A stretch of DNA of 64,000 nt from assembly GCA_934432675.1 (NCBI GenBank), contig CAKRYT010000002.1:162420-226419 (forward strand). The letters run 5' to 3'. The position numbers and the translations under genes are program-made. The stretch comes from an uncultured Eubacteriales bacterium. Lineage in GTDB: Bacteria; Bacillota; Clostridia; Oscillospirales; CAG-272. Positions 28,143-38,143 of the stretch are shown here, one piece after another. The notes beneath the pieces were generated by a model. The model had not been told where the DNA came from and did not search any database. It was given only the letters and a program-made list of their open reading frames with translations. The stretch's first letter is position 1; every line of letters begins with the position of its first letter.

Positions 28143-29075
28143 ATGAGCAAAATCTACGCTTCCGTCGACCGTCTCATCGGCAATACGCCGCTCGTGAGGC
28201 TCTCCAATATCGAAAAAGAACTGGGGCTCCGTTTCACGCTCCTCGCCAAACCGGAGTGTCTGAACCCGGCGGGATCGGTCAAGGACCGCGTGGCACGCGC
28301 CATGCTGGATGACGCCGAGGCGCGCGGGGTCCTGACGAAGGATTCCGTCATCATCGAGCCGACCTCCGGGAATACGGGCATCGGGCTCGCATCCGTCGCC
28401 GCCGCCCGCGGCTATCGCCTCATCATCGTGATGCCCGACACCATGTCGGTCGAGAGGCGGCAGATCCTGCGCGCACTCGGTGCCGAACTGGTGCTGACCG
28501 AGGGGGCACGCGGCATGGCGGGTGCCATCGCCCGCGCGGAGGAACTTGCGAAGGAGACACCCGGTGCCTTTATCGCGGGGCAGTTCGTCAACCCTGCCAA
28601 TCCCGACGTGCATTACCGCACGACGGGCCCCGAGATCTGGGAGGACACGGACGGGCAGGTGGATGTTTTCGTCGCCGGTGTCGGCACGGGCGGCACCGTG
28701 ACCGGTGTCGGCAGGTACCTGAAAGAGAAAAAACCGACGGTGAAAATCATCGCTGTCGAGCCGTCGGATTCCCCCGTCCTCTCGGGCGGGAAGGCGGGAC
28801 CGCACAAGATCCAGGGCATCGGCGCGGGCTTTGTCCCGAAGGTGCTCGACACTTCGGTATACGATGAGGTGGTGACGGTCGGCAGCGGGGACGCTTTCCG
28901 CCTCGGTCGTCTCATGGGGCGGCGCGAGGGGCTGCTCGTCGGTATCTCCTCGGGCGCGGCACTCGCCGCGGCGATCGAGGTCGGCAACCGCCCGGAGAAC
29001 GAGGGGAAGACGGTGGTCGCTCTCCTGCCAGACACAGGGGACCGGTATCTGTCGACCGCCCTGTTTGCGGACTGA
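28143..29075 (+). CDS. cysK: cysteine synthase A (O-acetylserine sulfhydrylase)
   Basis: Contains [18 protein letters not shown] (PLP lysine), [12 protein letters not shown] and [12 protein letters not shown] blocks; 310 aa. Confidence 0.92.
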   Translation: MSKIYASVDRLIGNTPLVRLSNIEKELGLRFTLLAKPECLNPAGSVKDRVARAMLDDAEARGVLTKDSVIIEPTSGNTGIGLASVAAARGYRLIIVMPDTMSVERRQILRALGAELVLTEGARGMAGAIARAEELAKETPGAFIAGQFVNPANPDVHYRTTGPEIWEDTDGQVDVFVAGVGTGGTVTGVGRYLKEKKPTVKIIAVEPSDSPVLSGGKAGPHKIQGIGAGFVPKVLDTSVYDEVVTVGSGDAFRLGRLMGRREGLLVGISSGAALAAAIEVGNRPENEGKTVVALLPDTGDRYLSTALFAD

Positions 29076-29081
29076 ACGGTC

Positions 29082-30221
29082 ATGTGTCAGGAAAAGAGAA
29101 CGGGCGGGGGTGCCTCCTCCGCCGCGGTCGGCACCGACCGTATCACGGCGGGGAAGACGCGCGCCCTCGTCGCCATGAGCGGCGGGGTGGACTCCTCCGT
29201 CGCGGCGTACTTCGTCCGGGAGGCGGGGCTCTCCGGTGTCGGCTGTACCATGAAACTGTACGACAACGAAGACGCGGGCATCCCGCGGGAGCACTCCTGC
29301 TGTTCCCTCGACGACGTGGAGGATGCGCGCGCCGTTTCCTTCCGCCTCGGGATGCAACATTACGTGTTTAACTTTCGCGATGAGTTTGAAAAATGCGTCA
29401 TCGCGAACTTTATCCGCGAGTATGAGAGCGGGAAAACACCCAACCCCTGCATCGACTGCAACCGTTTCATGAAATTCGGGTTGCTTTTCGACCGCGCCGA
29501 GATTCTCGGCTGTCGGTACGTCGTGACGGGGCACTACGCGCGGATTGAGGAGACGCCGGGGGGCTTTCTGCTCAAAAAAGCCGTTGACGGGACCAAAGAC
29601 CAGAGTTACGTGCTCTACGACATGACGCAGGAACAGCTCGCCCACACGCTCTTTCCCCTCGGGGGCCTCTGTAAGACCGAGGTGCGGGAGATCGCCGAGC
29701 GGGAGGGATTTCTCAACGCCCGCAAGCCGGACAGTCAGGACATCTGTTTCGTGCCGGACGGGGACTACGCCAAGGTGATCGTCGCGCACACGGGGCGGGC
29801 ACCCGCCCCCGGGGACTTCGTCGATACGGCAGGGCACAGGATCGGCACCCACCGCGGCATCATCTATTATACGATCGGTCAACGCCGCGGGCTGGGGATC
29901 GCGGCGGGGGAGCCGCTGTACGTGGTGAAGATCTGCCCCGAGGCCAACGAGGTGGTACTCGGGCGAGAGGAGGACCTGTACACGCGGGAGGCGCACGTCG
30001 GGGACGTGCGCTGGATCTCGGGCGCGCCGCCGCGCACGCAGTTCCGCTGCCGCGCGAAGACCCGCTACCGCCAGCCGGAGCGCGACGCGACGCTCACGGT
30101 CGCGGACGACGGGACGGTGACGCTGCTCTTTGACGAGCCGCAACGCGCCGTGACGCCGGGGCAGGCCGCCGTCTTTTACGACGGGGACGTCGTCCTCGGC
30201 GGGGGGAAGATCCTCGTCTGA
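29082..30221 (+). CDS. mnmA: tRNA 2-thiouridine(34) synthase MnmA
   Basis: PP-loop VAMSGGVDSSVAA, CCS.DDVEDAR, a NPC.DCNR block and GHYAR. The exact start is uncertain because the RBS at 29082 is weak. Confidence 0.88.
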   Translation: MCQEKRTGGGASSAAVGTDRITAGKTRALVAMSGGVDSSVAAYFVREAGLSGVGCTMKLYDNEDAGIPREHSCCSLDDVEDARAVSFRLGMQHYVFNFRDEFEKCVIANFIREYESGKTPNPCIDCNRFMKFGLLFDRAEILGCRYVVTGHYARIEETPGGFLLKKAVDGTKDQSYVLYDMTQEQLAHTLFPLGGLCKTEVREIAEREGFLNARKPDSQDICFVPDGDYAKVIVAHTGRAPAPGDFVDTAGHRIGTHRGIIYYTIGQRRGLGIAAGEPLYVVKICPEANEVVLGREEDLYTREAHVGDVRWISGAPPRTQFRCRAKTRYRQPERDATLTVADDGTVTLLFDEPQRAVTPGQAAVFYDGDVVLGGGKILV

Positions 30222-30251
30222 CACTGGCCGGGTCATTGTAAGGACCCGCTA

Positions 30252-30294
30252 CGAAACAAACCCGCGCCGGGCATCTGCCCGGCGCGGGTTTCGT
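30252..30294. terminator. bidirectional terminator between convergent mnmA and the ABC ATPase gene
   Basis: CGAAACAAACCCGCGCCGGGC-atct-GCCCGGCGCGGGTTTCG. Confidence 0.75.
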
Positions 30295-30306
30295 ATGTGA
30301 TTCGGT

Positions 30307-31443
30307 TCAGTGGCAGATGCACTTTTCCGTGTCTTTGTCGAAGAGGTGGACACGGGACATATCGAAGGCGACTTTGATGTTGTCGCCCGAGCGGGAGAGG
30401 GAACGCGCGGAGACGCGGGCAATGACGTTCTTGCCTTCTTCAATCGCACGCTCAATCCCCTCGAAGGAGAGGTAGAGGTAAATCTCGGCACCCATCAGTT
30501 CCGTGACTTCGACGGTGCAGTCCATGACGCCGCCTTCAACCTGGGCAACGGCCTCGGCATCGTCCGAGATGGACTCGGGGCGGATACCCATGATGACGGT
30601 CTGCCCGATGTACTCTTTGAGTGCGGGATTGTTCGCCTTTTCCTTCGGCAGTTTCAGGGACGCGTTACCGACTTTGAGATACAGATCGTCGCCGTCTTTG
30701 GTGAGTTCGGCGTCGATGAAGTTCATCTGGGGCGTGCCGATGAAGCCTGCAACGAACTTGTTGACCGGCAGGTCATACAGGTTCTGCGGCGTGTCGACCT
30801 GCTGGATGAGACCATCCTTCATGACGACGATACGCGTCGCCATCGTCATAGCCTCGACCTGGTCATGCGTAACGTAGACGAAGGTGGTACCCACGCTCTT
30901 GTGAAGTTTGGTGAGCTCGGTTCTCATGCTCGCGCGGAGTTTTGCATCCAGGTTGGAGAGCGGCTCGTCCAGAAGGAAGACCTGCGGGTTACGCACGATG
31001 GCGCGCCCGAGGGCAACACGCTGTTTCTGACCGCCGGACAGAGCCTTCGGCTTTCTTTCCAGCAGGTGGCTGATGTCGAGGATGCGCGCCGCCTCTTCCA
31101 CGCGGCGTTTGATCTCGGTCTTCGGCACCTTGCGGAGTTTCAGACCGAACGCCATGTTTTCGTACACGGACATGTGCGGATACAGAGCGTAGTTCTGGAA
31201 CACCATGGCGATATCGCGGTCTTTCGGCGCAATATCGTTGACGAGGCGGTCGCCGATATACAACTCGCCCTCTGTGATTTCTTCCAAGCCCGCGATCATA
31301 CGGAGGGTAGTGGATTTACCGCACCCGGAGGGACCGACGAAAATGATAAACTCCTTGTCCTCAACTTCGAGGCAGAAGTCGGAGACGGCGGTGACGCCGC
31401 CCGGATATTTTTTATAAATGTGTCTGAGAGACAGACCTGCCAT
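30307..31443 (-). CDS. sugar-type ABC transporter ATP-binding protein (MalK/MsmK/UgpC family), orphan
   Basis: Walker [10 protein letters not shown], signature [10 protein letters not shown], Walker B FLLDEPLS, and a C-terminal TOBE-like regulatory domain. No permease or binding-protein genes are adjacent. Confidence 0.88.
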   Translation of the reverse strand: MAGLSLRHIYKKYPGGVTAVSDFCLEVEDKEFIIFVGPSGCGKSTTLRMIAGLEEITEGELYIGDRLVNDIAPKDRDIAMVFQNYALYPHMSVYENMAFGLKLRKVPKTEIKRRVEEAARILDISHLLERKPKALSGGQKQRVALGRAIVRNPQVFLLDEPLSNLDAKLRASMRTELTKLHKSVGTTFVYVTHDQVEAMTMATRIVVMKDGLIQQVDTPQNLYDLPVNKFVAGFIGTPQMNFIDAELTKDGDDLYLKVGNASLKLPKEKANNPALKEYIGQTVIMGIRPESISDDAEAVAQVEGGVMDCTVEVTELMGAEIYLYLSFEGIERAIEEGKNVIARVSARSLSRSGDNIKVAFDMSRVHLFDKDTEKCICH

Positions 31444-31579
31444 GGGATAGTCCTCCTTTTTGATTTGACAAGATGATTATAGCAGAAATCCGGTGTTTCG
31501 GAAAGACGCGCAAAAAACAAACTTTTACGCGCCATATTGTGAAATATGTATAAAAAATCGGCGTTTTCAGATTAGAATA

Positions 31580-31628
31580 ACCCGTGCGTAGTTCTTAATC
31601 TTCTAATAGATTAAAAAAACGCACGGGT
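31580..31628 (-). terminator. compound hairpin after tex in an AT-rich gap
   Basis: On the minus strand: ACCCGTGCG…(TTAATCT-attaga-AGATTAA)…CGCACGGGT followed by TATTCTAAT. Confidence 0.5.
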
Positions 31629-31634
31629 AACGAC

Positions 31635-33794
31635 TTATTTCATGCCTTTTCTCGTGAGGGCAATGCGGTTCTTTTTGAGATCGACGCTCTTGATGCGGCA
31701 CTCGATGACGTCACCGACCGAGAGAACCTCGGAGGGATGCTTGATAAAGCGGTCACACATTTCGGAGATGTGGAGCAGACCGTCGTGATGGACGCCGATG
31801 TCGACGAAAGCACCGAAGTCCACGACGTTTCGCACCGTACCGGTCACGACCATCTCGGGTTGCAGGTCCTTGATGTCCATGACGTCTTTCCGCAGGCAGG
31901 GCGCAGGTGCCGCGTCGCGGATGTCTCTGCCGGGTTTTTGCAGTTCGGCGAGGATGTCGGTCAGGGTCGGCACGCCGCATCCGAGCTCGGCGGCGAGGCG
32001 TTCGATCCCCGCCTTCTCCACCTGGTAGGGCAGGAGCGTGAGGTTGCCGTCGCGCACATCCGCCTCGGTGTATTTGAACTTGGCGAGCAGGGCTTTGACG
32101 ATGGGGTAGGACTCGGGGTGAACACCCGTGTTGTCGAGGATTTCCTTACCGCCGGGGATGCGGAGGAACCCGGCGCACTGTTCATACGCCTTTGCGCCGA
32201 TCTTCGGCACTTTCAGGATGGCGGCACGGGTCTTGAATTCCCCGTTTTCCTCACGGTACGCGACGATGTTCTTGGCGGCGGTCGCGTTGATGCCCGCGAT
32301 ATAGGAGAGGAGGGAATAGGAGGCGGTGTTGACGTCCACGCCGACGCTGTTGACACACCCCTCGACCACGCCGCCGAGTGCCTCGGTCAGGCGCGCCTGT
32401 TTCATATCGTGCTGGTACTGCCCCACTCCGATGGCTTTCGGCTCGATCTTGACGAGTTCGGCGAGCGGGTCTTGCAGACGGCGGGCGATGGAGACGGCAC
32501 TGCGCTCCGTGACGTCAAAGTCGGGGAATTCTTCGGCACCCAGTTTGGAGGCGGAATAGACCGATGCCCCCGCCTCGCTCACGATGGTGTAACGCACGTC
32601 GCGGTCGGTGACGTATTTGAGCGTATCGGCGATGAACGCCTCACTCTCGCGGGAGGCGGTGCCGTTACCGATGGCGACGACGTCCACCTTGTATTGATCG
32701 ATGAGGGCGAGCACCGTCTTGCGGCTGCGTTCGATATCCTGCCGCGGCAGAGTGGGGTAGATGACGGCGGTGTCCAGCACCTTGCCCGTCTTGTCCACGA
32801 CGGCGAGTTTGCATCCGGTACGGAAACCGGGGTCGTAGCCGAGGACGGTCTTACCCTTGATGGGCGCGACCATGAGCAGGTGGCGCAGGTTGTCGGAGAA
32901 CACGACGAGCGCGCCCTCACAGGCGGTGTCGAAGAGATCGTTCCGTATCTCGCGTTCCAGGGAGGGGAAGAGCAGACGGTCGTAGGCGTCCGCCACGATG
33001 GCGGTGAGCCGCTCCGTGACGGGGGACTTTTTGTTCGTGATGACGCGGGCACCGAGGGCGGCCTTGGCCTTGTCCTCATCCATCCCGACGGCGACTTTCA
33101 GAAATTCCTCCGCCTCGCCGCGGTGCAGGGCGAGGATGCGGTGCCCTTTGAGACGCGGGATCGGCTCGGAGAAGTCGTAGTAGTCCGAATAGACGGACTC
33201 CTCCTCTTTGGTCGCCTTGGCGGTGAGCACGCCCTCGCGCATGATGAGCGCGCGGAGTGCCTTGCGGTGCTCGGCATCGTTCGCGATGTCCTCTGCGATG
33301 ATGTCGGCGGCACCGGCGAGTGCCTCGTCCGCCGAGGCGACGCCCTTTTCCTCGTTTACGAAGGAGGCCGCCGCCTCCTCGATCGTGGGGTCGTAGACGT
33401 CGCGCTGTTCCACGATGAGTTCGGCGAGCGGGGCGAGCCCCTTGCCGCGCGCTATGGAGGCGCGGGTCGTGCGTTTGGGGCGGAAAGGACGGTAGATATC
33501 TTCCAGCTCGACGAGCGTCGTTGCGTTGGAGAGGGCGAGGGTGATCTCGGGGGTCAGTTTTTCCTGCGCCTCGATGAGGGCGGAGATCTCCTCGCGCCGT
33601 TTGTCCATGTTACGCAGATAGGTCAGGCGGTCGAAGAGGGTACGCAACGTGACGTCATCGAGACTGCCGGTGACCTCTTTGCGGTACCGGGCGATGAAGG
33701 GGATGGTGTTCCCCTCGTCGATGAGGGCGACGGTCTTTTCGACCTGCTCGGGTTTGAGTTTCAGTTCCTGTGCGAGGGTTTTGATAATGTCCAT
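31635..33794 (-). CDS. tex: Tex-like transcription accessory protein (S1 RNA-binding domain)
   Basis: 719 aa. N-terminus is VEKTVALIDEGNTIPFIARYRKE. It has a YqgF/RuvC-like centre and a C-terminal S1 domain (VTGTVRNVVDFGAFVDIG). Confidence 0.92.
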   Translation of the reverse strand: MDIIKTLAQELKLKPEQVEKTVALIDEGNTIPFIARYRKEVTGSLDDVTLRTLFDRLTYLRNMDKRREEISALIEAQEKLTPEITLALSNATTLVELEDIYRPFRPKRTTRASIARGKGLAPLAELIVEQRDVYDPTIEEAAASFVNEEKGVASADEALAGAADIIAEDIANDAEHRKALRALIMREGVLTAKATKEEESVYSDYYDFSEPIPRLKGHRILALHRGEAEEFLKVAVGMDEDKAKAALGARVITNKKSPVTERLTAIVADAYDRLLFPSLEREIRNDLFDTACEGALVVFSDNLRHLLMVAPIKGKTVLGYDPGFRTGCKLAVVDKTGKVLDTAVIYPTLPRQDIERSRKTVLALIDQYKVDVVAIGNGTASRESEAFIADTLKYVTDRDVRYTIVSEAGASVYSASKLGAEEFPDFDVTERSAVSIARRLQDPLAELVKIEPKAIGVGQYQHDMKQARLTEALGGVVEGCVNSVGVDVNTASYSLLSYIAGINATAAKNIVAYREENGEFKTRAAILKVPKIGAKAYEQCAGFLRIPGGKEILDNTGVHPESYPIVKALLAKFKYTEADVRDGNLTLLPYQVEKAGIERLAAELGCGVPTLTDILAELQKPGRDIRDAAPAPCLRKDVMDIKDLQPEMVVTGTVRNVVDFGAFVDIGVHHDGLLHISEMCDRFIKHPSEVLSVGDVIECRIKSVDLKKNRIALTRKGMK

Positions 33795-33859
33795 AGGTGT
33801 CTCCTTATCGGGATATGCCGCGCGGGCGGCGATATGTGTATTCTATCATATTTTGCGGG

Positions 33860-33900
33860 AAAAAGAAAGACGGGAAACCGGAAAAACCGGCATCCCCGTC
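33860..33900 (-). terminator. intrinsic terminator after serC
   Basis: On the minus strand: GACGGGGATGCCGGTTTTTCCGGTTTCCCGTC followed by TTTCTTTTT. Confidence 0.65.
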
Positions 33901-33915
33901 TTGCAGTCGGTGCGG

Positions 33916-35019
33916 TTACTGGATGGCGTGGTCCTGTGCAAACTGCTTCATGAAGGCAACGAGTTTTTCCACACCGGCGTGGGGCATGGCGTTGTAGATC
34001 GAGGCACGGATGCCGCCGACCGCCTTGTGCCCTTTGAGGCCCTTCATCCCCGCCTTCGCCGCCTCGGTGATGAAGAGTTGATCGAGTTCGGCATCCCCGG
34101 TACGGAAGACCACGTTCATGATCGAACGCGATGCGGGATCCACCGGTGCAATGTAGAAATCCTGGTGGTCGAGGTAGTCGTAGAGCAGGCTTGCCTTTGC
34201 GTCGTTACGCTCTTTCGCGGCGGGCAGGCCGCCGAGATCCAGGAGCCACTCACAGACCAGTTTGGTCATGTAGATCGCCCAGCAGGGCGGCGTGTTGTAC
34301 ATCGAGTCGTTCTCCGCCGCGAGCCGGTAGGAGAGGATGGAGGGGGTGATGTCCCGCTCTTGCCCGATGAGGTCCTCACGGACGATCACGATGCCGAGCC
34401 CCGCGATCCCGAAGTTCTTTTGTGCACCGGCGTAAATGACGCCGAACTTCGATACGTCGATCGGCTCGGAGGCGATGCAGGAGGACATATCCGCGACGAG
34501 CGGAATGTCGCCCGTGTCGGGAATGTAGGGGAAACGGGTCCCGAAGATGGTGTTGTTAAAGCAGATGTGTACGTAGTCGGCGTCGGGGCGGAAAGAGTCA
34601 CGCGTCGTCGCCGGGATGAAGGAGAAGTTGGCACCCGCAGAGGATGCGGCGATGGCGACGTCTCCGTACTTCGCCGCTTCGTTGCTCGCCTTTTTCGAGA
34701 ACTGGCCCGAGAGGACGTAATCCGCTTTGCCGTTTTTCGTCATGAGGTTGAGCGGGACGGCGGCGAACTGTGCCGTGGCACCGCCGTGCATGAAGAGCAC
34801 TTTGTAGTTGTCCGGGACGTTCATCAGTTTTCGCAGCGCGGCCTCGGCCCCGTCGCGCACCGCCGCGTAGTCGGCGGAGCGATGCGACATCTCCATGATG
34901 GACATACCGCTGTTCCCGTAACAGAGGAGACTTTCCTGTGCCTTTTTCAGCACTTCTTCCGCAATGGTGGAGGGTCCGGCAGAGAAGTTGTATATTCTTT
35001 CCATATGCAATTCGGCCAT
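33916..35019 (-). CDS. serC: phosphoserine aminotransferase
   Basis: Contains ..RIYNFSAGPSTI.. near the N-terminus and class-V aminotransferase blocks. I chose the ATG at 35019 (AAAGGGTGG RBS); the ATG at 35004 is an alternative. Confidence 0.88.
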   Translation of the reverse strand: MAELHMERIYNFSAGPSTIAEEVLKKAQESLLCYGNSGMSIMEMSHRSADYAAVRDGAEAALRKLMNVPDNYKVLFMHGGATAQFAAVPLNLMTKNGKADYVLSGQFSKKASNEAAKYGDVAIAASSAGANFSFIPATTRDSFRPDADYVHICFNNTIFGTRFPYIPDTGDIPLVADMSSCIASEPIDVSKFGVIYAGAQKNFGIAGLGIVIVREDLIGQERDITPSILSYRLAAENDSMYNTPPCWAIYMTKLVCEWLLDLGGLPAAKERNDAKASLLYDYLDHQDFYIAPVDPASRSIMNVVFRTGDAELDQLFITEAAKAGMKGLKGHKAVGGIRASIYNAMPHAGVEKLVAFMKQFAQDHAIQ

Positions 35020-35181
35020 GCGGCCACCCTTTCTCATGAGGCTTTTGATAGACACTATCATAACAGACTTTCACCCCGAAATCAAGCCCCACACCGACTT
35101 TCGGCAAAAATGCACAGGACGGAGGCAGGCTACGTGTGTCCGGCGGGGAATTCTGCCCGTCCTCCCGACGCGGGAGGGCTC

Positions 35182-35210
35182 TTGACAAATGCGGCGAAAC
35201 GGCATATAGT
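35182..35210 (+). promoter_or_regulatory. sigma-A-type promoter of the 77-aa ORF
   Basis: TTGACA (35182-35187), a 17-nt spacer, then TATAGT (35205-35210). Confidence 0.65.
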
Positions 35211-35286
35211 AAGGATAACGCAGGCGGGTACTCACGCGAAAAGGGGGGCACCGCCCGACCGAAACAGAGCAGGAGAGGATAAAAAT

Positions 35287-35520
35287 ATGAAAGTAAAAAT
35301 GACCGTGACCGGCCGCGAGGGAAAGTGCGGAAAGGATTTTCACGTCGGCGACACCATCGTCCTGACGAGTGAGGAGGATATCGCCCGTTTCTGCCCCAAT
35401 GCCCATACGGTGGGAGAACTGAAAGAAAAAATCGCCGCGGCAGCGGGCGGGGAAAGCGTGACTTTTACGTACGAATGCTATGACCACGCGGTCAGCATGG
35501 ACATCACCGTGGAGCCGTAA
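35287..35520 (+). CDS. small hypothetical protein (77 aa; possibly TIGR04076-like)
   Basis: MKVKMTVTGREGKCGKDFHVGDTIVLTSEEDIARFCPNAH… with a GGAGAGGA RBS 8 nt upstream. It is only the 3' end of the 623-aa track ORF 33649-35520. The family guess is from memory. Confidence 0.6.
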   Translation: MKVKMTVTGREGKCGKDFHVGDTIVLTSEEDIARFCPNAHTVGELKEKIAAAAGGESVTFTYECYDHAVSMDITVEP

Positions 35521-35762
35521 AATACGGCACGACGGTGAGTGTCACCGTGACACGGCGCGCACGGCGGGAGACCGCGATGCGCGCCGTTTTCGTTTGCGGG
35601 CGTTCGTGTGTTGCTCTGTGTTTCCGGTTTTTGTCCGCGCGGTCCGGCCGTTGCGGCGGGGGAGTCTCTGCCCCCGCCGACCGTACATCTTTCCGGAAAG
35701 GGCGTTGTTCGGCGGAGGCGTTATGGCTTTTGGCGGGGAGCCCCGTGCTTTACCCCGTGCTT

Positions 35763-36494
35763 TTACCAGGTCGGGGCAAGCGGAGTGCCGTGTTCGAGCA
35801 GTTCGGATACGGTGACGAAACGGTAGCCCTGCTCCCGGAGAGCGGGGATCATGGTTTCCAGCGCGGCGGCACCCTGGAAGTTGCGTGACACATAGTCGTG
35901 CATGAGGATGATGTCTCCGGGTTTGACCTCGCGGAGGACACCGCGCGTAATCTCCGCCGCACTGTGCCCGCGCCAGTCGTTGGTATCCACGCTCCATAGG
36001 ATCTGGCGATAGCCGCGATCGCCGAGGAGTTTACAGCGTGCCGGGGTGCGTGCACCCTCGGGCGGGCGGAACAGTACGGGCACGGTCCCGACCGTCGCTT
36101 CCGCGGCACGCCCGCAGGAGGCGAGTTCTTCGAGGAGTGTCTCGTCCGAGACGCGCGAGAGGTGCGGGTGGCGGTAGGTGTGATTGCCGAGCTCGTGCCC
36201 TGCGGCAACGACGCGCCGCGTGACGTCGGGGTAGAGTTCGATATTGCACCCGATCTCAAAGAAAGTCGCCTTGATATCGTACTTCGCGAGTACCGCCAGC
36301 ACCGCGTCGGTATAGTGGGGGTGCGGCCCGTCGTCAAAGGTCAGGGCGATGAGTTTTTCGTCCGTCATGACGCGCCAGACGGGGCGTTCGATCGTGTCGG
36401 CACATGCCGACTCGGCACTTGTCCGTATCGGTGCGGGCGCGAGAAGACAGAGCGTCACTATGAGGGCGAACAAACGATACAGTACTTTTCTCAT
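35763..36494 (-). CDS. polysaccharide/peptidoglycan deacetylase (NodB homology domain), secreted or lipid-anchored
   Basis: Signal-like N-terminus MRKVLYRLFALIVTLCLLAPAP. NodB motifs are present (TFDDGP, HELGNHTYRHP, …RPP…, …ILMHD). I chose the ATG at 36494 with a GGAGGC RBS. Confidence 0.85.
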   Translation of the reverse strand: MRKVLYRLFALIVTLCLLAPAPIRTSAESACADTIERPVWRVMTDEKLIALTFDDGPHPHYTDAVLAVLAKYDIKATFFEIGCNIELYPDVTRRVVAAGHELGNHTYRHPHLSRVSDETLLEELASCGRAAEATVGTVPVLFRPPEGARTPARCKLLGDRGYRQILWSVDTNDWRGHSAAEITRGVLREVKPGDIILMHDYVSRNFQGAAALETMIPALREQGYRFVTVSELLEHGTPLAPTW

Positions 36495-36722
36495 CTTTGC
36501 CTCCATACGGCGCGGAGCCATGGAAACCGGCACCGCTCCGTCACATTTGCGTTTCTTTGTGATTAGTGTGCCCCGTTTGCCACCGTTTTGCCCTGCCAAA
36601 TCCGAACAAAAGAGGAAGCGGGCAGTTTGCACAAAAAAACAACGATTCCTTGACACGCCCTGCATGAGTCGCTATAATACATACAATATCTCATTTCGGA
36701 AAAACGAATAAGGAGAGACACC

Positions 36723-37895
36723 ATGGAAGAAAAGACGACCGGGACGGTGCCCGAGCGCGGTTTCCGCGCGTTTTTGAAACGAAAACAAATCGAAATATCG
36801 CCGAAACGGTATTTCATCGACGCAATGGGCTCCATGGCACTCGCCCTCTTTGCGACCCTGCTCATGAGTTCCATCCTGGGGACGCTCGGCGATCTCATCT
36901 TCGGCGCGGCCTCCAAGACCGATTTTCTCCACGTCATCAAGACCTATGCGGCGCAAGCGACCGGTATGGCGATCGGCGCGGCAATCGCTTATAACCTGAA
37001 AGGCTCCCCGCTCGTCATTTTTTCGGCGACCGCGGTCGGCGCGCTTGCCAATTCGTATGCGTTTCCAGGGCTCGCGTCCGATGCGGCGCGGTTTGCCGGG
37101 GTGCCGTATCTCGGGGATATGAAGTTTGCGGCGGGCCCCGCCGGTGTGTTCTTCGTCGTCATCATCGCGACCGAAGTCGGTAAGATGGTGTCCAAGGAGA
37201 CCAAGGTGGATATTCTCGTGACGCCCCTCGCCGTTCTGCTCTCCGGTTTCCTCGCCTCGTTCCTCCTTTGCCCGCTCGTCGCTTTTATCATGTACTGGGT
37301 GATGGAGTTCATCGGGCTCGCGACGGCGTTCGTGCCGTTGCTCATGGGGGCAATCGTCGCCGCCGTCGTCGGGGTGATCCTCACGCTGCCCATTTCCTCC
37401 GCCGCGATCTGTGCCTCCATCTTCGCCGCCAATATGATCGCCGGCTCCTCCCATCCCGAGAGCCTGTACCTCGCCGCGGGTGCCGCCTGCGTCGGCTGCT
37501 GCTGCCAGATGGTGGGCTTCGCCGCCACCTCCTTCCGTGAAAACCGTTGGGGAGGGCTCGTCGCCCAGGGGCTCGGCACCTCGATGCTCCAAATGGGGAA
37601 TATCTGCAAAAATCCGCGTATCTGGATTGCGCCGACCGTCGCCTCCGCCGTCTCCGGGGCACTCTCCACGACGGTCTTCAAACTCCGCTGTGTCGGGCTC
37701 TCCGCCGGTATGGGTACCTGCGGGCTCGTCGGTCCGATCGGGCTCTTCCAGGCGGCAGAAAAGCACGACGCGCTTTTCTGGGTCGGGCTCGTGCTCCTGT
37801 GCTTTATCGTCCCCGTTGTGGTTTCCGTCGGGCTGGATCTCCTCTTCCGCCGCATCGGCTGGGTGAAGGACGGCGACCAGAAACTCGCGCTGTAA
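36723..37895 (+). CDS. PTS EIIC_2-like integral membrane protein, orphan
   Basis: 390-aa polytopic protein. The N-terminus ISPKRYFIDAMGSMALALFATLL resembles my recollection of the PTS_EIIC_2 family. No EIIA, EIIB, HPr or sugar-catabolic genes are adjacent. Confidence 0.6.
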   Translation: MEEKTTGTVPERGFRAFLKRKQIEISPKRYFIDAMGSMALALFATLLMSSILGTLGDLIFGAASKTDFLHVIKTYAAQATGMAIGAAIAYNLKGSPLVIFSATAVGALANSYAFPGLASDAARFAGVPYLGDMKFAAGPAGVFFVVIIATEVGKMVSKETKVDILVTPLAVLLSGFLASFLLCPLVAFIMYWVMEFIGLATAFVPLLMGAIVAAVVGVILTLPISSAAICASIFAANMIAGSSHPESLYLAAGAACVGCCCQMVGFAATSFRENRWGGLVAQGLGTSMLQMGNICKNPRIWIAPTVASAVSGALSTTVFKLRCVGLSAGMGTCGLVGPIGLFQAAEKHDALFWVGLVLLCFIVPVVVSVGLDLLFRRIGWVKDGDQKLAL

Positions 37896-38022
37896 ACGGA
37901 ACGGCGGGGCCTGATCTCCGTCGGCCCGTGCAATCGTCCCGCCCGGCGGAATACGCCGCGGCACTGCGGACCGAGAAGACCCCGGCCGGCAGATGCAACG
38001 TTTACGTACAAAACGAAATAAA

Positions 38023-38054
38023 AATTCCCGTCGGGCATAAGCCCGACGGGAATT
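38023..38054. terminator. bidirectional terminator between the convergent EIIC-like gene and the ABC permease gene
   Basis: AATTCCCGTCGGGC-ataa-GCCCGACGGGAATT (14-bp stem). A/T runs flank it on both sides. Confidence 0.75.
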
Positions 38055-38143
38055 CTGTTTGCGGCGATGAGGACGGTGCCGTAGCCCCGGAGGGGACGTC
38101 GGCGTGACGCACGGTGCCGCGCAGGGGGCTTTACGTCACGGGA

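Noticed and set aside
28116-30236. 706-aa minus-strand ORF
   Set aside because: It is antisense to cysK and mnmA. The translation is Arg/Pro/Asp-rich with no motifs.
31737-33953. 738-aa plus-strand ORF
   Set aside because: It is antisense to tex, and the translation is Gly/Asp/Arg-rich low-complexity sequence.
33649-35286. First ~545 codons of the 623-aa plus-strand ORF 33649-35520
   Set aside because: This part is antisense to tex and serC and crosses their intergenic terminator. Only the last 77 codons (35287-35520), which have their own promoter and RBS, look like a gene.
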